Source: Nostoc sp. NOS(2021)
GTDB taxonomy: Bacteria > Cyanobacteriota > Cyanobacteriia > Cyanobacteriales > Nostocaceae
Direction: 5' to 3'
DNA: 32,000 nt
Assembly (NCBI RefSeq): GCF_017115025.1
Contig: NZ_JABXKM010000093.1
Coordinates: forward strand, 7,508 to 39,507
A program made the position numbers and the translations under genes. Positions within the stretch are counted from its first letter, which is position 1, and each line of letters starts with the position of its first letter. This document shows positions 26,337 through 32,000 of the stretch, piece after piece. The notes under the pieces are model-generated. The model made no database searches and was not told where the DNA came from. It saw only the letters and a list, made by a program, of their open reading frames with translations.

Positions 26337-26655
26337 AAAAGTCTACGTCTAATGCACTATTAAAGCCTTGAGGGTCCACTACGTGCATTTCAAAAATCAA
26401 ATACTAGTCCTATATTCTAATTCGAGATCCGAAATGACGGCAGTCCATTGCGATCGCATCAAGCTAAATACTATACTTTTAGTGTATGGAATAGTACCAA
26501 AAATATCCTAATGGTACGGCGATCGCACACATTCAACCCCCTTCAAAATGCACCACAACCACGTTAAGCTGAATAGAGTAGCAATTTATTGCGCTTTTTA
26601 ACATGAAAATCTCTGTGACTGTCAAATTTTAATTTTTTCTGCTTGAGAAACCCGG

Positions 26656-27378
26656 ATGCTAGACCAAATTTTTGATTACCTCAACTTTCATTTCAGCGTT
26701 GAAGCCCCGATAGTTCTGCTGATCCTGATATTTTTAGAGGCGGTGTTATCTGCCGACAATGCGATCGCCCTGGCTGCGATCGCTCAAGGGCTAGAAGACA
26801 AAGAACTTGAGCGTAAGGCCCTCAACTTTGGTTTAGTCGTTGCCTATGTGCTGCGAATCACCCTAATTCTTACCGCCACCTGGGTGCAACAATTCTGGCA
26901 ATTTGAATTATTGGGTGCTGCTTACTTGCTGTGGTTGGTATTCCAACACTTTAGCTCTCAACAAAGTGAAGACGATCACCATCACGGGCCGCGTTTTACT
27001 TCGTTATTGCAAGCGATACCCGTGATTGCATTTACAGATTTGGCATTTTCTTTGGATAGCGTGACAACTGCGATCGCAGTTTCTCAAGAAAAATGGCTGG
27101 TGCTGACGGGTGCAACAGTTGGTATTATTACGCTGCGATTCATGGCGGGATTGTTTATCCGTTGGCTAGACGAATTTGAAAACCTAGAAGATGCAGGCTA
27201 TGTAACTGTAGCCTTGGTGGGCTTGCGCTTATTGTTGAAAGTGGTGAACGACGATCTAGTTCCACCAGAATGGATCATGATTCCTGCCATCTTCCTAATT
27301 TTAGGCTGGGGATTTTCCAAGCGTATTGGCACTGAATTACCCCAAGTAGAACCAGAAAAGAGCGAAGTCTCTAAGTGA
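26656..27378 (+). CDS. TerC-family integral membrane protein
   Basis: It has multiple hydrophobic helices. The paired signature LSADNAIALAAIA and FSLDSVTTAIA is typical of TerC/Alx proteins. Confidence 0.9.
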   Translation: MLDQIFDYLNFHFSVEAPIVLLILIFLEAVLSADNAIALAAIAQGLEDKELERKALNFGLVVAYVLRITLILTATWVQQFWQFELLGAAYLLWLVFQHFSSQQSEDDHHHGPRFTSLLQAIPVIAFTDLAFSLDSVTTAIAVSQEKWLVLTGATVGIITLRFMAGLFIRWLDEFENLEDAGYVTVALVGLRLLLKVVNDDLVPPEWIMIPAIFLILGWGFSKRIGTELPQVEPEKSEVSK

Positions 27379-27518
27379 GAAGCAAAAAGTGAGGAGTGAG
27401 GAGTTATTAGGGATTTCCAACAAATAAATTATCCAATCTTGTAGGGTGGGCGTATCTTGCCCGCTTTTGGTTAAGGGCGGACGAGACAGCATTGGTGTCA
27501 ACTTAGAGAGTGAAATCG

Positions 27519-27636
27519 GCGGTTAGAAACCGCGTCTACACAGGCAAAACCCACCTCCGTGGGTTAAAAAACCTTAATTTTCTCTTAGCCCACGGAGGTG
27601 TGGCTCTCGTTTGTGTAGCCGCGAATTCCATTCGCC
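27519..27636. repeat. Palindromic dispersed repeat between the convergent TerC and ndk genes
   Basis: The arm ctacacaggcaaaacccacctccgtggg (27536-27563) is an imperfect inverted match to cccacggaggtgtggctctcgtttgtgtag (27589-27617). A ggcggttagaaaccgc hairpin flanks it. Confidence 0.6.
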
Positions 27637-27675
27637 AGGTCTCTTAGTTATGAATTTTTAACTCCTAACTCTCCA

Positions 27676-28125
27676 TTACTCGTGCAACCAAGGCGTTAAG
27701 TGTGGTTGCCAATTGACCAATTCTTCATCCTTAAACCATAGGGCTATTTCCTGTTGCGCGGTTTCTGGAGCATCAGAACCGTGGATCAAGTTGCGACCAA
27801 TATTTAGACCAAAATCGCCGCGAATCGTTCCCGGCTCTGCTGTTAAGGGGTTTGTCGCACCAATAATTTTTCTGGCAGATGCAATAACGCCATCACCTTC
27901 CCATACCATCGCCACCACTGGGCTAGAAGTGATAAATTCCACTAAACCACCAAAAAAGGGACGTTCTCGGTGAACACCATAGTGTTGTTCAGCCAATTCC
28001 CGACTGACTTTCAGGAACTTTAAACCAACTAGGGTAAAACCTTTAGTTTCAAAGCGACGGATAATTTCCCCCACTAATCCCCGCTGTACTCCATCAGGCT
28101 TAATTGCTAAGAATGTGCGTTCCAA
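27676..28125 (-). CDS. ndk: Nucleoside diphosphate kinase
   Basis: [21 protein letters not shown]...NLIHGSD is canonical NDK. I place the start at the TTG at 28125, which gives MERTF and 149 aa, rather than the TTG at 28137 in the ORF track. Confidence 0.93.
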   Translation of the reverse strand: MERTFLAIKPDGVQRGLVGEIIRRFETKGFTLVGLKFLKVSRELAEQHYGVHRERPFFGGLVEFITSSPVVAMVWEGDGVIASARKIIGATNPLTAEPGTIRGDFGLNIGRNLIHGSDAPETAQQEIALWFKDEELVNWQPHLTPWLHE

Positions 28126-28266
28126 AGCGATCTCCAAAAACTTAATGAATTTTTTATTTAGTCAATTGTCCCCGAAGTTCTGATCTAAGGAAGTCTTATC
28201 TCAGACTACTCTCTTTGTTATTTGTCATTTGTTCTTCGTCCTCTGTCAAGAGTCCAAGGGTTTTGT

Positions 28267-28321
28267 ACTAATGACCAATGACTAATGACCAATGACTAAT
28301 GACTAATGACTAATGACCAAT
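28267..28321. repeat. STRR-type heptamer tandem repeat (ACTAATG/ACCAATG), about 8 copies
   Basis: The repeat is read directly. It lies in the divergent ndk/speA intergenic region. Confidence 0.9.
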
Positions 28322-28419
28322 CAGAGTTTATCTCAGAAATTATCTTTGGGTGCATATACGTTCTCAAACGAATGCGCTAAATTGTTAATTTGTGGGTGAA
28401 ACACAGAGGTTAGGAAGAA

Positions 28420-30435
28420 ATGGGTGTTGAGTCAACTGCTACATCTGACGAGGTGGTACTACCGTCCAATGGACAGAAATCTGAAGTGAAAGATCATAAG
28501 CACAAAAAACTGTTACCACCTAGTCCTACCACAGGAGATTTACCTCGCTCCTGGAAAATTGAGGATAGCGAAGCCTTGTACCGCATTGAAGGATGGGGAC
28601 AACCTTATTTTTCCATTAGCGCTGCTGGACACGTTACCGTTGCACCCAAGGGCGATCGCGGGGGATCTCTTGACTTGTTTGAATTGGTCAACGCCATGAA
28701 ACAGCGCAACTTGGGACTTCCCATGTTGATTCGCTTTTCCGATATTTTGGAAGACCGGATTGAGCGGTTGAATGCTTGTTTTAATAAAGCGATCGCCCGC
28801 TACAACTACCCTGGTGTCTACCGTGGTGTGTTTCCCGTCAAGTGCAACCAAGAGCGGCATTTGATTGAGGATTTAGTGAAATTTGGCAAGCCCCATCAAT
28901 TTGGTTTAGAAGCCGGTTCCAAGCCAGAATTAATGATTGCTCTGGCTGTCTTGGATACACCAGGAGCATTATTAGTTTGCAACGGCTACAAAGACCGAGA
29001 ATACATCGAAACGGCAATGTTAGCCCAAAGACTAGGGCAAACACCAATCATCGTCTTAGAACAAATTGAAGAGGTTGATTTGGTGATTGATGCCAATCGC
29101 CAGTTAGGTATTAAGCCGATATTAGGTGTTCGCGCTAAACTCAGTACCCAAGGCATGGGACGTTGGGGTGCCTCTAGTGGCGATCGCGCTAAATTTGGTT
29201 TGACAATGCCTGAGATAATCGAGGCTGTTGACAAATTACGGGAAGCTAACCTGCTCGATTCTTTGCAGTTGATGCACTTCCATATCGGCTCACAAATCTC
29301 TGCCATTAATGTAATTAAAGATGCCATCCAAGAAGCCAGTCGCATTTATGTGGAATTGTCGATGCTGGGGGCGGATATGAAATACCTTGATGTTGGTGGC
29401 GGCTTGGGCGTAGATTATGATGGCTCCCAAACCAACTTCTATGCATCGAAAAATTACAACATGCAGAACTATGCCAATGACATCGTGGCAGAGTTAAAAG
29501 ATACCTGTGCTGAACGGCAGATTACTGTACCAACACTGATTAGTGAAAGTGGACGAGCGCTCGCTTCCCATCAGTCGCTGCTGATTTTTGATGTTCTCAG
29601 TACTAGCGATGTCCCCCTCGACGCGCCAGAACCTCCACAAGAGGGAGAATCCCCAATTATTAATTATCTTTGGGAAAGCTACCAATCCATCAACCAAGAG
29701 AATTACCAAGAGTTGTATCACGATGCTGCACAATTCAAAGAAGAAGCTATCAGCCGCTTCAACTTAGGAATTTTACGCCTCAGAGAACGAGCCAAAGCCG
29801 AACGCCTCTACTGGGCTTGTTGTCAAAAAATTCTTAACATCACTAGACAGCAAGAATACGTACCCGATGAACTGGAAGACCTAGAAAAGATTATGGCTTC
29901 CATCTACTACGTGAATATGTCAGTGTTTCAATCAGCACCAGATTGCTGGGCGATCGATCAGCTATTCCCAATCATGCCAATCCACCGCTTGGATGAAGAA
30001 CCAACGCGGCGAGGAATTTTAGCAGACCTCACCTGCGACAGTGATGGTAAAATCGACCGCTTTATTGACCTGCGCGATGTCAAGTCAGTTTTAGAGTTGC
30101 ACACCTACAAGCCCGGAGAACCCTATTATTTGGGGATGTTCTTAAATGGAGCTTACCAAGAAATCATGGGCAATTTGCACAACCTATTTGGCGATACTAA
30201 CGCCGTTCACATCCAATTAACGCCTAAAGGCTATCAGATCGAACACGTTGTCAAAGGTGACACCATGAGCGAAGTAGTGAGCTACGTCCAGTATGACTCG
30301 GAAGATATGGTGGAAAACATTCGCCAACGTTGCGAGAAAGCTTTAGAGGAAAAGCGCATCACCCTAGCAGAATCTCAGCGGCTGCTACAAACCTACGAGC
30401 AGAGCCTCAGAAGATATACGTACTTAAATAGTTAG
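28420..30435 (+). CDS. speA: Biosynthetic arginine decarboxylase
   Basis: A 671-aa ORF with WKIEDSEALYRIEGWG, the PLP-lysine motif FPVKCNQ, HFHIGSQ, DVGGGLGVDY and the LADLTCDSDG motifs typical of SpeA. Confidence 0.95.
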   Translation: MGVESTATSDEVVLPSNGQKSEVKDHKHKKLLPPSPTTGDLPRSWKIEDSEALYRIEGWGQPYFSISAAGHVTVAPKGDRGGSLDLFELVNAMKQRNLGLPMLIRFSDILEDRIERLNACFNKAIARYNYPGVYRGVFPVKCNQERHLIEDLVKFGKPHQFGLEAGSKPELMIALAVLDTPGALLVCNGYKDREYIETAMLAQRLGQTPIIVLEQIEEVDLVIDANRQLGIKPILGVRAKLSTQGMGRWGASSGDRAKFGLTMPEIIEAVDKLREANLLDSLQLMHFHIGSQISAINVIKDAIQEASRIYVELSMLGADMKYLDVGGGLGVDYDGSQTNFYASKNYNMQNYANDIVAELKDTCAERQITVPTLISESGRALASHQSLLIFDVLSTSDVPLDAPEPPQEGESPIINYLWESYQSINQENYQELYHDAAQFKEEAISRFNLGILRLRERAKAERLYWACCQKILNITRQQEYVPDELEDLEKIMASIYYVNMSVFQSAPDCWAIDQLFPIMPIHRLDEEPTRRGILADLTCDSDGKIDRFIDLRDVKSVLELHTYKPGEPYYLGMFLNGAYQEIMGNLHNLFGDTNAVHIQLTPKGYQIEHVVKGDTMSEVVSYVQYDSEDMVENIRQRCEKALEEKRITLAESQRLLQTYEQSLRRYTYLNS

Positions 30436-30537
30436 GGACTGGGGACTGGGGACTAGGGAAATTTTTTCCCAATATCCAATCCTCAATACCAATAACCAAT
30501 CCCCAGTCCCTAATACCCAGTCCCCAATCCCCATTCC
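30436..30537. repeat. STRR1-type heptamer block (GGGGACT on the left, CCCCAGT/CCCCAAT on the right) forming an imperfect hairpin between convergent genes
   Basis: The left side is gggactggggactggggactaggg and the right side is ccccagtccctaatacccagtccccaatcccc. The block fills the whole gap between the speA stop and the stop of the next gene. Confidence 0.85.
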
Positions 30538-31707
30538 CTAATTTGCGTTTGTCCCCAACAATTCCTCTATCGCTTGTCGCTCAACAGGGGTATGTGATGG
30601 GACTGTCTGACGGGCATCGGTAATCAGCCAGTCTAAAGCAGCGGCTTGAACGTCAATCGCAGCGCCAGTTTTATCTACGCAATAACGTCCAAATACTAGC
30701 TTATCGACTAACCGGACTCCCGGACCCAGGCGCGACCACTCAAAAATTACGCTGTTATCTACTGTTGCGCCACTACATATCCAACAATTGGGGCCAATCA
30801 TCGAAGGGCCGACAATTTTAGCTCCGTCTTCGATTCTCGTCATACCGCCAATATAAACGGGGCCTGTGATATCCACTTTGTCCCAATTTACGGCGACATT
30901 TAAGCCAGTGTAGATGCCAGGGGCGACTTCATGACCAGGAATTTGCACATTTTTGATTTCACCCAGCAGCACACCGCGAATCGCCCGCCAATAGTCTGGG
31001 ACTTTACCAATATCTACCCATTCAAAGTCCATAGGGATGGCGTAGAAGGGAGCTTTGATTTCTACCAATTTGGGAAACAATTGGCTACCAATGTCATACT
31101 CGATACCAGAGGGGATATAATCAAAAACCTCTGGCTCAAAGATGTAAATACCTGTGTTGATGTTCGTGCTGAGGGCTTCTTCAGTTGAAGGTTTTTCTTG
31201 GAAAGCTTTGACGCGACCATCTTCGTCAGTCACAACTACACCGTAGCTAGAAACTTCTTCCTTGGGGACAGATTTCGTGATAATAGTAGCGATCGCCCCT
31301 CTAGCTCTATGCCATTTAACCGCCGCAGTTAAATCCAAGTCAATCAAAGCATCACCGCACAAAACCACAAAGGTATCATCAAAAAAGGGTGAGAAGTCTT
31401 GGATGCGCCGCATTCCTCCAGCTGAACCGATTGCTTCCCCCTCCAATTTACCCTCGTCATCAATTTTCCCTTCAAAGGAATAGGCAATCTGTACCCCAAA
31501 CCGTTGACCATCACGGAAATAGTTTTCTATTTCTTCAGCCAAATGACTAACGTTGACCATAATTTGGTCAAATCCATGTTGGCGTAACAGTTCTAGCAAG
31601 AACTCCATCACTGGCTTTTGCAGGATGGGAATCATTGGTTTGGGAATTGTATAGGTAATCGGACGCACGCGAGTACCCTTGCCAGCCGCGAGAATCATCG
31701 CTTTCAT
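30538..31707 (-). CDS. NDP-sugar pyrophosphorylase (mannose-1-phosphate guanylyltransferase-like) with a C-terminal left-handed beta-helix
   Basis: It has the N-terminal signature MKAMILAAGKGTRVRPITYTIPKPMIPI. The hexapeptide-repeat-like C-terminus reads VYIGGMTRIEDGAKIVGPSMIGPNCWICSGATVDNSVI. Confidence 0.9.
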   Translation of the reverse strand: MKAMILAAGKGTRVRPITYTIPKPMIPILQKPVMEFLLELLRQHGFDQIMVNVSHLAEEIENYFRDGQRFGVQIAYSFEGKIDDEGKLEGEAIGSAGGMRRIQDFSPFFDDTFVVLCGDALIDLDLTAAVKWHRARGAIATIITKSVPKEEVSSYGVVVTDEDGRVKAFQEKPSTEEALSTNINTGIYIFEPEVFDYIPSGIEYDIGSQLFPKLVEIKAPFYAIPMDFEWVDIGKVPDYWRAIRGVLLGEIKNVQIPGHEVAPGIYTGLNVAVNWDKVDITGPVYIGGMTRIEDGAKIVGPSMIGPNCWICSGATVDNSVIFEWSRLGPGVRLVDKLVFGRYCVDKTGAAIDVQAAALDWLITDARQTVPSHTPVERQAIEELLGTNAN

Positions 31708-32000
31708 AAAAATTTATTCCTCAACCACAAGCCAGTTTACTTTCATCGAGTGATACTTAATCATCAGTTTTTATTTCTGCTCTAAGTTATCCTTCAAGAC
31801 AGGGATAACAGGAATTTAGTGGTTATTGCAACCATAGGTATACTTAGATGACAAGCGATCGCTTATCTTTTCAATTTACTCGGATTTTGGGGCTGAAGCA
31901 CAAATCTGTAAATTATCTGTAGAGCTACTTTTGGCTTTCTTAGTTCTTCGGCTGCTCAAAAGGTTTGCAGGAGTTAGCTGAATCTCTAAGTAAGCGAATT

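Noticed and set aside
26400-26655. Possible Mn-sensing yybP-ykoY-type riboswitch upstream of the TerC-family gene
   Set aside because: TerC/Alx genes often carry one, so I looked for it. I could not recognise the conserved core by eye, and a covariance-model scan (Rfam RF00080) would be needed to decide.

Overview
This window looks like a chromosome segment from a filamentous, Nostocales-type cyanobacterium. The evidence is the very frequent HIP1 octamer GCGATCGC, STRR-type heptamer repeat blocks, Nostoc-style hairpin/MITE-like dispersed repeats, and the gene content (nblA, TerC, ABC1 kinase). I recognised no rRNA, tRNA or CRISPR array. Core genes are a partial anmK, a GT2 glycosyltransferase, a Ser/Thr kinase, nblA, a PP2C phosphatase, an ABC1 kinase, aroK, acs, a TerC-family protein, ndk, speA and an NDP-sugar pyrophosphorylase. 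Two accessory stretches interrupt them. Stretch 1 (about 9.4-14.8 kb) is a decayed islet. It holds a broken ABC-F ATPase, a Uma2-family nuclease with a 21-bp heptad repeat tract, a degenerate transposase, a DUF433/DUF5615 pair with a frameshifted toxin, and a hicAB pair with a decayed hicA. Stretch 2 (about 18.1-26.4 kb) starts with a standalone PD-(D/E)xK (HsdR_N-like) protein and a second Uma2 paralog, followed by two translationally coupled orphan genes. It then has an 83-84 bp tandem array and a two-gene NLR-like module, and it ends in ParE remnants and nested MITEs. The most interesting item is the NLR-like module at 21919-24953. A 138-aa helical protein ends in a ~30-aa G/N/Q-rich motif that is repeated at the N-terminus of the adjacent NB-ARC/TPR STAND ATPase. 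This is the effector/NLR amyloid-signalling architecture known from fungal HET-S/NWD2 and proposed for bacterial Bell/BASS pairs. The NLR sensor also ends in 3.6 perfect 126-bp TPR repeats. All functional calls come from reading motifs in the translations; no database search was possible.
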